Assembly (NCBI GenBank): GCA_013239625.1
Contig: MU053472.1
Coordinates: 2,187,236-2,239,709 of the forward strand
Length of the DNA stretch: 52,474 nucleotides
Source of the DNA: Lama guanicoe
Lineage: Eukaryota
Direction: 5' to 3'
Shown: positions 1 to 12,300 of the stretch, in pieces
Numbering within the stretch: position 1 is the stretch's first letter
Layout: each line of letters opens with the position of its first letter
Program-made: the position numbers and the translations under genes
The notes under the pieces: model-generated
Databases searched by the model: none
Seen by the model: the letters and a program-made list of their open reading frames with translations, nothing else
Told to the model about the DNA's origin: nothing

Positions 1-59
1 TGAAATCCCAAGAGAGTTCACAAAATCAGTCATTTGAATGAACCATGAAGATGAATACT

Positions 60-540
60 ATCACACTCTGCTACATAGAGTGTAATTGGAAACAATCGTT
101 CTAGAAAACAATTTCACAGTGTCCATCAAAAGCCTTAAAAATTTGTTTTATAGTTGGAACTAGTAATTCTGTATCTGGAAACCAATTATATAAATATCAA
201 CCAAGATCCAGAGACACAGCTTTGCAGAGAAATGTTTGTTGCAGCATTACTTATCATGAGAAGAAGTGGTAAACACCAATCTTTCCACTGAAAGATTAAG
301 AATGTGATAGTATATTCATTTGATAATCATCACTGTAGCTAATAAGAGAAAATTTAGAAGAATTTAATACAAAATTATTTTGTGATATAGTGGGTTTTAA
401 AAGCAGAATACAAAATTTTAAATATGGTATATATTTTAAAATACAAAAACCTATCATAGAAAAATATATTGGTTGCCTTTGGGTAGTAAAAATATGGGTG
501 GTTTTGCTGACATTATCCAATTTTTAAATGAAAAAAAAGT
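60..540 (+). mobile_element. Old L1 (L1ME-like) 3' fragment
   Basis: Degenerate L1 3' motifs such as aatgtttgttgcagcattacttat; boundaries approximate. Confidence 0.55.
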
Positions 541-642
541 ATGTATTGCTTTTACAGTAGAAAATCTTTAATAGATGTTATTATTAAGACAAACATAAAA
601 CGAGCCAGCCAATCAAAGACCAGTTCAGAAAATAGAATCTAC

Positions 643-768
643 CTTCGGAATGAAGTATTTATAGGCTTTGGGTTCAGATGCCTTTCCGCTACATCACATT
701 ATCCGATGCCATCATCTCTCATGATGTTGCCAAGCGCTTTTCTTCACAGAATCACGTACGGCTAGTAT
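643..768 (-). pseudogene. Pseudo-exon, 126 nt, phase 0-0
   Basis: tag|ATA...CCGAAG|gtagat. Reads ILAVRDSVKKSAWQHHER*WHRIM*CSGKASEPKAYKYFIPK with TGA at 712-714 and 694-696. Confidence 0.65.
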
Positions 769-1239
769 CTATCATAATATATAGATCTTTGAGATTCTAA
801 AGAATACCATTCACTCTAGAGCTTATAAATACTTCATTCTTTTGATTCGCTTGATCAGACTGCACACGTCTCCCCAGCTTGGTTCGGGCGGAGAGGCTCC
901 CCTGGCTGCCTCCTGAGAGGTCTCCTAATTCAAGTCAGTCCCTCCTTTGCTGCACATGGCAAAGCCCTGTTTTCTCTTTGTACTACGGCAGCATCCAAAC
1001 TCACACCAAAGCACGAGGGGCTGTAATTCCTCATTTCACAAAACCCCAGGTTAACCAAAGTTGTCACACATAGAGCTGGAAGAATAGCAAACACTTTAAA
1101 GCTAACAGCAGCTGTCTGAAAGGATAATAAAACACTGCTTTAAACAAGAAAGCAGCTCCTCATGAGCTACTGCGTGAAAATGTTCTTCATTTAAAGAAGA
1201 GAATTTGTGAAAGGGGATTTCAAAATTCCTGAGTCTCAC

Positions 1240-1363
1240 CTTTAGAAAAACTCCCCCTGTTGTTTACACTTTGGAATAATAAGGCCAGATAGAAGAAGCT
1301 TTTATTTCTCTGTCGGCGTGATTCATATTCCCAACATTTAAAATGAAGAGGATCTTTTCCCAG
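1240..1363 (-). pseudogene. Pseudo-exon, 124 nt, one net frameshift
   Basis: tag|CTG...AAAG|gtgaga. Begins LGKDPLHFKCWEY; length is 3n+1 between phase-0 neighbours. Confidence 0.6.
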
Positions 1364-1484
1364 CTAGCGCTCAATAAGACAGCCATGAAGGCAAACTGAC
1401 AACGTGGGTTTCTGCTGTCAGAGGTTCGCACATCAATCAGCGAGACTCCAGATGGCATCTGTTTTCAGTGATCACGTCACTTAC

Positions 1485-1615
1485 CATCAACATCACATTA
1501 AATCCTTGCAGTAAAAATGGGTTCTTTTCCCCACATTCACAAGCGGATGATGTCTGATTTCATCCTCAGGCCTCTCACGTTGGGACGAAAACAGTGCAAC
1601 AGTGTCTCCTGCTGC
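1485..1615 (-). pseudogene. Pseudo-exon, 131 nt, frameshifted
   Basis: cag|G...ATG|gtaagt (consensus donor). Reads QQETLLHCFRPNVRGLRMKSDIIRL, then shifts frame to CECGEKNPFLLQGFNVMLM. Confidence 0.7.
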
Positions 1616-1863
1616 CTGTTAGCCTGGTGACATGTGTGCATGGGTGGGACTCTTCCTAGTGAAAAGGAATGAAGACTTAATCCTTGGCAGAATCTGACTT
1701 CATTGCAGTGTATACTTCCTCTGCCCTCAACTACTATTTTGAATTTCACATTGCTCATTATCTCAGCTATTCGAACTCTTCCATTACCAAGCAATTTCTC
1801 ACATTCTTTTAGTTTTTCACTTGTTCGCCCCCGTATTTGCCCGCTCAGCACTCCTACCCTCAC

Positions 1864-1921
1864 CTCATGAAAGCAATAGAAGACAGTTCAGTTTGGAGAA
1901 CAGTTACATCAACCGAAGGAT
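1864..1921 (-). pseudogene. Pseudo-exon, 58 nt
   Basis: ttttctctctggcatctaaaatgcag|A...GAG|gtgagg. Reads VDVTVLQTELSSIAFM(R); ends phase 2, matching the next exon. Confidence 0.7.
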
Positions 1922-3166
1922 CTGCATTTTAGATGCCAGAGAGAAAATTACTGGTGTCAGGATATGTCCTTACTGTTTCACAGGTTTGGCATAACATTCA
2001 GAGGGAAATCGTTCTGGATGAGTGCCACTCAAACCCACACAAATACAAGTTGGCTTTTTAGTATTATTTCAGATCCTCGATGGAGGGGAAAAAAATGTAT
2101 GTCTGGGAGCAATCACACTCAAGCATATATCTTCCCCGATACAATTTTGTGAAGCCAAAGTGATAAAAAGAAGTTGTGACTTTTGACATTACTGAATAAA
2201 TTCTTAGGTACTGTTTGAATCAATCAGGTTACTTCTTTCCCTGAAATAAATCCAGTATGTTTACACTCTTACCATATGTTAAAAGAATGTATTTGGAAAT
2301 CTCATGATGAGTTAATTTATTTTTTTTTTTAAAAAGAAGGCAGTGGGTTGGGGGAGCTCATGTAGAAAACTGCAGTTCTGATCACTTTTCTAATTTGGAA
2401 GATCTGTTCCTGGGGAATGGCTCATTTTTATTGTCTCCTGTTTTGACAAACAAAATCTGACAAGCAGGGCTGCACCCATCTTAGATGCTAAAGTAACTGC
2501 CTTCGATGCAAGGGTAGTATGTTCCCTATGTGTTCAGAGTTAGTTGAGGAAAGGCAATTACCTTCCCTAGTCTCAAAGTCACTACCAAGGTAGGTAGAGT
2601 AGAAGACAACATCATGGTACATTAACTCCTCCTGTTCGTCTAAAGGAGCAAAATAGCTCTTTGCTCTCAGATTAACTATAGATCTGGTTTTCCACTTCTC
2701 TGCTCTGATCTATAGCATTTATTATCTGTTTTGGTACAGAATCATGTCCAGTCTTGAAGAGTCCCTAATTGTTCCAGAAGGGCACATCTTACTTCCAAAG
2801 CAGGGCTAATTTTAAGGGTGTCCCCTCAACCCAAAGTACACTCATTGAAGTGAGCTCTTTCTCTTTGCCTCAGAATTCTCAGTGAGAACACTAACAGGCT
2901 TTACAGAGTGTTATGGAATCAACTTGTTAATATCTGTGCAGCTCTTTAGAAATATAAAGCACTAAATATTGCAGTGGGTAGCATTTTAATAAGATAATTA
3001 ACCAACCATTTCTAACTTGAAACTGTGTAAGTATGGACATGTTTAACTTCTGAATATTTTATTCTTTCTTCCTTTTATTGGCTTAAGCATAATACTGAAC
3101 ATTCTGATGACTCAGTTGGAGTGAAAGAAAAAGAGACATTTTTAGTTTGAATAAGAATTATCTTAC

Positions 3167-3235
3167 CATTTAACAGTATCGTCTTCTCTCAGGATACAGA
3201 ATGTTTTTTCATTTTAACACGCCATTTTTTGTGCC
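3167..3235 (-). pseudogene. Pseudo-exon, 69 nt, symmetric
   Basis: tctttctactcag|G...ATG|gtaaga. Phase-2 reading AQKMAC*NEKTFCILREDDTVK. Confidence 0.65.
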
Positions 3236-3894
3236 CTGAGTAGAAAGACTGTCAAAGGTAAACACCTGAGCTAATCTCTAGTTAGGAAAGCATTTGATCA
3301 CCAGCTTTGCTTTACTTTTGAACCAGGACACTCTTTAAGAAGAGCATCAGCCCCTCCCAGGGCGGAAAGTGACTACTCATTTCTGCTGTATACTCAGCTA
3401 AACCTTCTATTGTGTGTCCCATTAATAATTATATTTGCTTTGTAGTATGTACTATCTCCTGATCTCTGAGCTCATACCTATTATAATCCTCTCTAAATAA
3501 ATAACATTTAAGTTCCAATCCCCACAGACCTGCGGCAGAGACCATTTCCCTCCATTTTTCTAGAACTCTAGGACCCAAGCATACAATGAGATTCTAAAAC
3601 TATTTTAAACCAAAAGTTAAAGTGGAATAACAGTTAGGAACCACTAAAAAACTCATGTTTAAATGCATTTACTGGTCTTTTTTTTTTTCCTGGCAAGTTG
3701 TGGGGTTGAAACCGTAAATAACTCTTAGTTTAAATTATATTGAAGACAGAAAAGCAGAAAATAAATGAAATAATAATTTCAAATCAGTAATGAAAAAATA
3801 GAGAAAAATCTTAGAGATTTTATTAAAATAAAAGGCTATCTCATTTATCTTGCTGAATGTTAGGTTAAATGTTATATTACTATAATGTTACTGT

Positions 3895-4008
3895 TAAGAG
3901 AGAGTTCATTTTGTTTTGCATCCTCAGTGCGTAACACACAATGCCTGGGACAGGGAAGGCACTTAATAAATATTTGACAAATGAGTGAGAGAATGAATGA
4001 ATGAATGG
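3895..4008 (+). mobile_element. L2 3' end
   Basis: aatgcctgggacagggaaggcacttaataaatatttg...gaatgaatgaatg tail. Confidence 0.7.
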
Positions 4009-4351
4009 CAAATGTACTCCAAATATATACTGAGTTTATGAGTAAATCTGTACGTTAACTCACTGATGTTCAGTTATAAATGCATCTGAAACAAAAGATC
4101 TAGGAGGTGAACGTAAGGAACCATAAATCAAACACCCTTAACCTGGACTCCTTGAAACTAATCTTAGACTCATTTGAGAGCAAGTATTTGAGAGGGGATT
4201 TGGTTGAAGAAGTCATTATGGAAGACAGGAAGGGCAGAATCTGAGGTGTCTGGAAGGCTCTAAATAGATTCTTAGGTTAAAGTTGGCAAATTTTATTGCC
4301 AACAATTCTTTGACTTTTGTTTTAAACAACTTCTATTATTATTTCACAAAC

Positions 4352-4563
4352 CTTATTCAGTCTATACCATATGCAAATAATATTTCTAAGTAAAGGATCG
4401 TATTATTTCTCTAAATTAAATTTCATTTTAAAAGCCATAACACCGGGGGAAAAGCACAGGGAAGCTGAACTTCTTGCAAAGATGGAACACATTTGGATTT
4501 CTCATTGAGATCAGGGTCAACAATACCCCCAGAAGTGTGTTTATTGAGGGCAATACAGAAAAT
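4352..4563 (-). pseudogene. Candidate pseudo-exon, boundaries and frame uncertain
   Basis: caag|ATT...AAG|gtttgt. One frame reads IFCIALNKHTSGGIVDPDLNEKSKCVPSLQEVQL followed by stops. Confidence 0.35.
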
Positions 4564-4772
4564 CTTGGCATATGTTATCAATTTGGGAACAAGTACATGT
4601 ATCTGCATTGGCATCAGGCAATTTGTTAGCCCCAGAGGCAGGATGCTAAGTGATGTACTAACAAGGCAAAAATAAGAAAGCACATCATTAGATGCAGAAT
4701 GAAAACATGACCTCAAATAGTTTATACATAAAACACACCACCTTGTGGAATGAAAGTTAAACACTTTACTAC

Positions 4773-4865
4773 GTTCTGCCAGTTGTGAATGATGTCACCA
4801 CTGTGATTCCACAAAGAAGAAACTTTTTAGCACCAGATGGTCACCATTCTTCCTCTCTGGTAGCC
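4773..4865 (-). pseudogene. Candidate pseudo-exon, 93 nt (96 nt with alternative donor)
   Basis: cctag|GG; weak donor. Phase-1 reading LPERKNGDHLVLKSFFFVESQW*HHSQLAE. Confidence 0.45.
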
Positions 4866-5269
4866 CTAGGATTCATAAGTGCATATAATTCTTGTTCAAT
4901 TCAATTGTACAAAAACACATTGCCCTTTCTCACTGACACGGGTGGTGTTTTAACTCATTACTCTCTTCAGTCTTTGCTAATGTGGTTTTCTACAGGATTT
5001 ATTCTTTTGCTATAGTGATCACAAGCTTTGCCTAGATAACCAGAACAGACTTCTAGAAACCTCTTTTATTTTAGTTCCTAAATGGGGTCAGAGATTTTTT
5101 TTAAAAAAAAGTTTAGTAAACTCTCTCACATTCAAGCGAAGACACTGCTTTACTTCTTGCCTACATGATGAAGGGGTACCCACTAATTAATGCAGAAAGA
5201 AAAGAGTGTCTAATTTCTGTTTGTTAATATTTATAGACTAAATGATCTCAAACCTCACTATTCCCAAGA

Positions 5270-5430
5270 TATTATGGAATTAGAAACCATGTGTTTTAAT
5301 TTCTTCATTTTTAAAATTAGGAAATCAAGTCCTAGAAAGGCTAGGTAAGTAAGTCACCCAAAGTTACACTATCAGTTTACGGATGAGCTAAGACCAAATC
5401 CCAGGCTTTTTATATGCTCTCTTCTACTAC
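5270..5430 (-). mobile_element. MIR SINE
   Basis: cattttt...aggaaatcaag...aagtcacccaaagttacac core. Confidence 0.55.
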
Positions 5431-5651
5431 ATGACACAATATCGCCTAGAATAGAGTGAATTTTTAAATGAGCTCTCCAGATTGACAAAAGTCATTATGC
5501 TTAGCAACTATGCTACTTACTCAAAAAGTCACAATTTCTTCTGATTTTTATATTTCACATCTTAAAAGGAATGGTAAAATTTCACTTTGATGAAAATAAA
5601 ATGCTTTTATGTACTCCTCAATTGCAATGTTTAAAAAACGTGCATTTTTAC

Positions 5652-5687
5652 CTTGAGACTGGCTTTGTGGTACATGTATTTTTAAAA
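5652..5687 (-). pseudogene. Pseudo-exon, 36 nt, phase 1-1
   Basis: tccatttccccag|TT...AAG|gtaaaa. Reads LKIHVPQSQSQ, resembling recalled RGS22 LQIDIPVEQAQ. Confidence 0.65.
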
Positions 5688-5789
5688 CTGGGGAAATGGA
5701 AACATTTCTGATTTTTCCATTAGCTGTAAAATCAGTGTGTTTGTTTCAAGATGAGGAAGCACTGTAAGTATTGAATCTGTTGCACACAC

Positions 5790-6007
5790 GAATTTTTCCA
5801 GATGCTTGGCTGATCTATGTTACACAAGTTTGATGACAACTATCTTGCAATTTCTAATTGAAGGAGCTTTAAGTAATTGTGCTAAAGCCATGTTCAGTGT
5901 GTATAGCAATGAAGAAGCCCAGACACAGAGGAATCCTTCACTGGAGCTGTTAATAGAATCCAAATTCTAGTTTGTAAAGGAGCCAGCTGCAACCCACTTG
6001 TGATATA
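5790..6007 (-). pseudogene. Pseudo-exon, 218 nt, phase 2-1, heavily decayed
   Basis: gccttttcatgtag|T...TTC|gtgtgt. Reads ISQVGCSWLLYKLEFGFY*QLQ*RIPLCLGFFIAI...; five stops in this frame; phases match both neighbours. Confidence 0.55.
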
Positions 6008-6585
6008 CTACATGAAAAGGCACAGATGAATTTGATACAAATGATTTATTTTTGAAAGCAGAAATCCGATATTCAAATTTCACACTAGCTGATTTTTTTT
6101 AAAAAAAGTAAATACATCTTTGTATTTAGTGTATTGGACTATCACTTGAAATAAGAACGCTAAGACTCTTTGGCATCTTAAAAATATGGAACATTGAGTA
6201 CATATAACTTCCTTCATTTGAAAAACATTTTTTAAATGGAATTAGAATACCATTTGTATCATATCCTTTGTTTTAAAAATTGGGTATAAAATTCAAAAAA
6301 GATGTTCCTTATATGATTCAAAGCTGGTAAACATGATGTTCTGTATTCTCAGATGAATGTTAAAATATGAATTCAAGTACACTAGGTTTCCTGGGAAGAA
6401 AATATACATATTTGTCAGTGAGGGGAAAAAATGGATCATATTAAATATCTCTTACCAAACTTGACTTGGACTAGCCTATGTCATCATTAATTTATTCCTT
6501 TTCTTCTTTTCTCCTCTTTCTCCTCCTCTCCTGCCCACCCCCCGCCCCCATCCCTTCTCCCTCTTGGTAGTATGGACAGTTTAAA

Positions 6586-6765
6586 GGAGTGATTTTCAAA
6601 CTATGGATTTTGATCCATTTATTAGGTCCTGATCAGAATTTTTTCAAATGACATAGCAGTATCTTCAAAGGTGCATTACGCATAGTGAGGATAACTGCTC
6701 TGAGTCTCAAGATAAAATGTATTTCTTACCGTGAATCATGGTTTTAACAGTCTGAAAGGTACTGA
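6586..6765 (+). mobile_element. MER103C-like hAT-Charlie fragment
   Basis: agtgattttcaaactatgg ... aaaatgtatttcttac ... tgaaaggtactg termini. Confidence 0.65.
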
Positions 6766-8010
6766 TTTAGAGTAAAACAACTATGAAAATCATTGCTAAT
6801 TGTCTTCAACCTTCTCTGCACGTTTCTCCTCTTTGGTTGCCTTCTTGGTAACCCTTGACTCTTTTATCACTAATTATCATGAACTGGAATTTATTTTTCA
6901 CACTTAAAACCTTGCAGAAGGAAGAAATAGGTATAGCAACAGATAACATATATGAACATATATATTAGTATTCTAATGTGTAATAATACTGTATACTAAC
7001 AGATAATGAAGGAACATGTGGTTATACCTCCTTAGAAGTCGGCTTATCTTTAGTACATAACTATAACTAGGAGTTAGGACATTTCATATTATTTCTATGA
7101 TTTTCATAAACCTTCTACAGGTCTTGCTGTGACTTAGTTTCCTAGTATATTTGGTAAGAATAATTCCTGCTGCTAATTCCAGAATCCTTGGAAAATTAAT
7201 TTTTGCCGACAATAATATGGTAGGCTGCTCTGAGCAAGATTAGAATAAATACTTGGATGGAGAGACTGGCTAGAACAGCAATTTTAAGACTCCTATTAAT
7301 TCTCTTAATTGCACGTTCTCTTTCTGATTATTCCTTAAAATATCCTTTAAAATATTTCTCTTAGGTAAGATTTTTTCATGTGTTTAATCCTCCCATTACA
7401 ATCTAAGAGGCTTTTTGCAAATAACGAGCATGACTTAAGAGTGTTCAAGATCATCTTAAGGCCCAGAAAGAACTCAATAAACAGATGTGACTTAAGAAAT
7501 GTTTATCATAAATAGTTTAATCATGGTGAAGGATGGACAGATGAAGAGTTAAAATTTACGAGGAGCTAGAAACAGACTCTACTGACCTGAAAATAAATGC
7601 CATAAATCAATCAGGAATATAGACAAGAAGAGAAGCACAAAGAGGTGGGGTTAAATTGTACTAGTTTGTAAATAGGTAGAAAAAAACTTTGTTTATAGTC
7701 TGATATATATTTGAATGTATTGCTGGTTTTTATGACACAGAACTTTACTAATTCCTGTCTAATTTCCTTCAGTTGGATACTTCCTTGTCATTGGGTACTA
7801 AAGGTCCCTGCATTATAGTCTTTGCTAATATTAAGTTAGAAGATAACATGTCAAACTACCTACCCCAAAAAAGTCATGCTTGTCTCCAAGAGCCTCATCA
7901 AGTTAAAAGTGGTAAGTGAATTTGGTCCCATCTACATATGGCCAAACCAAGATGAGATATGACAAAAATCAAAATGTTATTACTGTCAATGCATTCCGTG
8001 GGAGATTTAC

Positions 8011-8217
8011 AGAGGCTGGTAGCAAGGTCCACATCCAAATTGGAGTCCGTGCTTGGACAAGGTGCAGACATCAGATTTAGTAACTGGAACTATTTCATCA
8101 ACCACCACCCCCGGACCCCATATAAGACTCAATATCAGATGGCAAGAAAAATCCCCTACAGAGAAGGATTGGTGTATTTCCATCCTATAGGAACGGCGAT
8201 CATGGAAAGTTAGTTTC
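8011..8217 (-). pseudogene. Pseudo-exon, 207 nt, phase 2-2, open frame
   Basis: ctgccttag|G...CT|gtaaat. Coincides with ORF 8007..8231: KLTFHDRRSYRMEIHQSFSVGDF...CGPCYQP. Confidence 0.6.
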
Positions 8218-8544
8218 CTAAGGCAGGTCATCAGAGGGAGGATCTGAGCCTTAGTAACAACTTTTTAGGCAGCGAAGTTAGAACTTAGGTTTAATTCTTC
8301 AAAGACAGTTATCAAGAACGCAGCCAGAAAAAACACACACATTATACTAAAAAGTAGGGGGAAATATACTCAATAGAAAACTCTTAACGCTCATTTTGAA
8401 CAAAGTAGAGCCGCCAGAAGACTGAGACGCTGGTGAGAAGATGGGCCACAAAAAGGACTAGAGTGACAGAGCCGGGATTTCAAATGTACCATCTTTGTAT
8501 ATGATGATGGCCTGGTTTTAGTTCATTATGTACTTTGAGTAAAG

Positions 8545-8750
8545 TGGAAAGAACTGGGGCTTTGGATTTTTGTAGACCACAAGTTCCCAGTCTAGCTTCC
8601 AATTGCTAGATGTGTGGTACTGGACAAATTAATTAACCTCTCTTAGCTTTTGTTTCTGAAATGAAAAAATAATATTTGCATCTTAAGTGCTTAGTTTAGC
8701 ATAATTTCTGGCATGTAGTGGGGGATCTAAATGAGATCTATTATTGTTGA
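8545..8750 (+). mobile_element. MIR SINE
   Basis: tgtgtggtactggacaaattaattaacctctc core. Confidence 0.6.
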
Positions 8751-9544
8751 TTTTAATAGGGAAAATAGATTTATTTCTGTAGTTCTGTTCTTGCCCGTGA
8801 TTTCCCTTGTGACCAATAATACATATTTTTGAGATGTCTGACCAGAGTCTGAAGGCACCATCTGTGGCAGTTGTTCTCACTCATTAACTCCAATAAACTG
8901 AGCCAACCAAATCTCACAGTGGTTGGTACCCTTGAGAGCTATCTTAGTTGGCAAAGGATTATTCGATATTTCATAGCATTTTTGCTGGGGGAGGTAGTTA
9001 AAGTAGGTGGGCTAAAGTAGCTTTACTTTGTGGTGCTATGTGGCCAAATTACAGTGATGATTTATTTGTAAGTGCTTTTCTCATTATTAAATGTTCACAA
9101 TTATGATGATAAAAAGTAACATTTACTTAACATTTCTGGGCTCTATCTACTATATCATGCTCTCCCTGAAGCTTTGAGTAAAGCTCACACATAGATAGAA
9201 ATTGTGTCTAAAGGAAACAAGAATTATGAAGCAAAACAAAACAAAACAAAACATTCCTAACTGTATACATCTAAATGAGCAGGGCCCCCTGCAAAGAAGT
9301 TCCCTTAGGAAGCTATATAAACCTTCTAACAATCTTGCCATGGCCCAAAACATTTTTGGAACTTCTCTTCTGGAATTGCCTTAAGACCCAGTTTATGAGC
9401 CATACGAAAAAGTCAGACTCATTAACTTAGAGTCACACATACTTTTCACCTCTGATAGTATCACCCAGCTTGATTACCCATCTTGGCTCTGAGCGATTTT
9501 GCTACTTTCAAAATAAAACCCAACCTCAAAGGGTAAATACTTGC

Positions 9545-9658
9545 CACTGTCTCGGAGACCATATCACATGTTCTGAAGGCAATCCGTAAAATAATTCCAG
9601 AATTTCAGATGCTTGAATAACATCTTCCATGTCAATGAGCTTGCTGAGGACAACTCTC
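9545..9658 (-). pseudogene. Pseudo-exon, 114 nt, phase 2-2, open frame
   Basis: ctttctattctgag|G...TG|gcaagt (GAG acceptor, GC donor). Reads RVVLSKLIDMEDVIQASEILELFYGLPSEHVIWSPRQ(W). Confidence 0.6.
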
Positions 9659-9694
9659 CTCAGAATAGAAAGTTGTAATGTATTTTTTTTAACT

Positions 9695-10400
9695 GTTTCA
9701 TTCAGCAAACAGATATTGAGTGCTAACTATTATCAATTTGTTTATTCATTCATTCATTCAAAAAGTATTTACTAAGTATCTGCTATGTGATAGGTGTTGG
9801 GTTGTGGGTCCAGCAGCAAGTAGGGCAGACATGGCCAGTACTCTTATGGAAACTTCGTCTGGTTTGGAAGACAAATATTAAACAAGTAATTACAGTAATG
9901 AGAAGAGTAATGGGAACATATTTCAGGGAGATCTAAGCTAGTCTAGGGATAGGGTTAACTTTTCTGAGAAAATGGCTTTAAAGCTGAGATTTGAAAGATG
10001 AGTAGGAGTGTTCCAGGTAGGGGAAACAGCATGTAAAAGCTTGAGAGCAAGGAAGCATGGTGTTGTAGGAAATGAAAGAAACTCAGTATGGCTAGGTGTT
10101 TGGGGGAATAGCAAGAGAAGACTGGCAGAGGGCAGACCACGCAAGACTTAATAAACTGTATTAAGGAGTTCATACTATTTCAGTTGTACACACAGCGAAA
10201 CAGAGGTATGCAACTCTGGCTGCAGAATGAATTGGTAAGAAGAGAGACCAGAGGTACAGAGACCATTTAGTAGGTTGTTGCAAAACTTAGGAAAGAAAGA
10301 TGGTGCTAGATATGGAGATAAGTACATGGATTTGATAAATGCTCAGAAGGTAAGAGCACTGGGACTTGATTTATTGGATGTCACAGATAAGGACAGAGAA
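9695..10400 (-). mobile_element. L2 (3' end and body)
   Basis: ttcattcattcaaaaagtatttact tail followed by purine-rich L2 body; resumes at ~11690-12300. Confidence 0.7.
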
Positions 10401-10404
10401 AAGT

Positions 10405-11265
10405 TAAGACAGGACAATGGAAATGACTGAGTCTGAGGAATGGAAAGACTGAAGAAAAGTGAACAGAGCCTAAGAGAATTATAGGACACAATTAAAGAGG
10501 ACATAGATTGTGGGAGTACCTGAAAGAGAAGAGAGAGAGAAAGGGGTGAACAGAATATTTGAAGAAATAATGGCTGATAACTTCCCCAGTATGATGAAAG
10601 ACATAAAAATAAACATCCAAGAAGCTCAAGGAACTCCAACAGCATAGCGACAGCATAGCAGCTCTAGCAGCATTGCAGCATTATTTACAATTGCCAAGGT
10701 ACGGAAGCAACCTCAGTGTCCATCAACAGATGAATGGATAAAGGAGACAGTGGAATACTACTCAGCCCCTAAAAAGAAAGAAATTTTGCCATTTGCAACA
10801 ACACAGATGGAACTGGAAGGTATGCTAAGTGAAACAAGTAGGACAGAGAAAGACAAATACTGTATGATATCACTTATATGCAGAATCTTTAAAAATGCAA
10901 CCAACCAGTGAATATAACAAAAAAGAATGCAATTCTGACATGCTACAACATGGATACGCCAATCACAAAAAGACAAGTCCTGTATGATTCCACATACGTG
11001 AGATACCTAGAGTAGTCAAATTCAGTCAGAATGCAGAGTGGTGGTCACCAGGGGCTGGAGGAGAGGCGGGATTGGGGAGCTAGTGTTCAGTGGGTATAGA
11101 GTTTCAGTTACAAGATGAAAAGAGTTTTGGAGATGGACGGTAGTGATGGTAGCAAAACATTATCAGTGTATTTAATACTACTGAACTGTACACTTAAAAA
11201 GGGTTAAGATGATAAATTATGTATTATGTGTATTTTACTACAATTTTTAAAAATTGGAAAAAAAG
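10405..11265 (+). mobile_element. Stack of L1 fragments (ORF1 piece plus two 3' UTR pieces)
   Basis: gaacagagcctaagag..., gtgtccatcaacagatgaatggataaa, aagagttttggagatggacggtagtgatgg. Confidence 0.8.
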
Positions 11266-11689
11266 CAATTGTGAAGTAATCTGAGTGCAGAATCCAAGAT
11301 ATTTATGATCCTCCCCAATCTTTTTTTGCTCACCTCAGATCCAATGAAAAAAATTAAAGCCATTTTCCTTTTATGAACTTTTTCCAAAGCATTCAATTTA
11401 ATTGTCCATTTTCCTCTTACTATTTATATTTCATATAACAATAAGTAACAGTTTACATAAAAATCAAATTATGTAATCACAGCAACAAGTATACCTAGCA
11501 TAAACAGGTTGAACAAACACAACAGATTCTTGGTAAGCCTACCATTGTCTAGTGAGAACAAAAATCCTTGTGTGTCCTTGGCAGTGGTATATTACCCATA
11601 TGCATTCTGTGTGCCATAAGCATCAGTATGTTTTATAAAGGTAATGGAGAGTACCAGTTAATCTGCTTTCTGTTGGTTAAACAGAAGTT

Positions 11690-12300
11690 AATCATGAGGG
11701 TTTCTACTTTAGAGCCAGGAGATGATCAGGAAGAAGTCAGATTGCAGTAGGCTGAGAATGTAGGAGGTGAAGGAAAGGAAAAATTGAATTAGACCACTCC
11801 TTCAGGAAGTTTCACTGTGAGGAAGGAGAGTGTAGTAACTGAAGGCAGAACTGTAGTTGGTGGATAGATGAATACATATCATTCTTAAGATAGAAGAGAG
11901 TTCAGTGGGTTTAAATACTAGAAGGAATAGCTAAATATAAAGAAAAAAGAGACGATCAACAAAGACTTTGAAAATTAGGCAGGAATGGAATCCACTGCAC
12001 AATGCAATAATTCATTTCAAATAATACAACTTTTTCATTGTAATAAGAGAGGAGGAGAAGACGGATATGGTTGCAGGTAGGTCTTAGGTTTGGTGGCGCA
12101 AAGTCAAAGGTGTTCGTATTTGATAACATCTGTTTTTTTCTGAGAAGTTAGAGGAGCCATCTGCTGAGAGTGAGGGGAAGACAGAGCATTAAAGGTTTAC
12201 AGACAATGTAAGAGATCTGAAACAGTTGTTGCATAGGAGGGAGGAAAATGACCACTAAAGAAACAGTAGGATTGTGACCCAGTGTTGAGGTCCTAGTTGA
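11690..12300 (-). mobile_element. L2 body fragment
   Basis: Purine-rich degenerate L2-like sequence. Confidence 0.5.

Noticed and set aside
1537..1863. 108-aa minus ORF as a standalone gene
   Set aside because: It begins at the GTG of a splice donor and is mostly intron read-through into exon 1485-1615.
5741..5769. Plus-strand 13-nt micro-exon (tttcaag|ATGAGGAAGCACT|gtaagt)
   Set aside because: Isolated, not a multiple of three, and no partner plus-strand exons found.
7959..8213. Plus-strand 84-aa ORF
   Set aside because: No recognisable product; better explained as the antisense shadow of the minus-strand exon 8011-8217, which has matching splice sites and phases.
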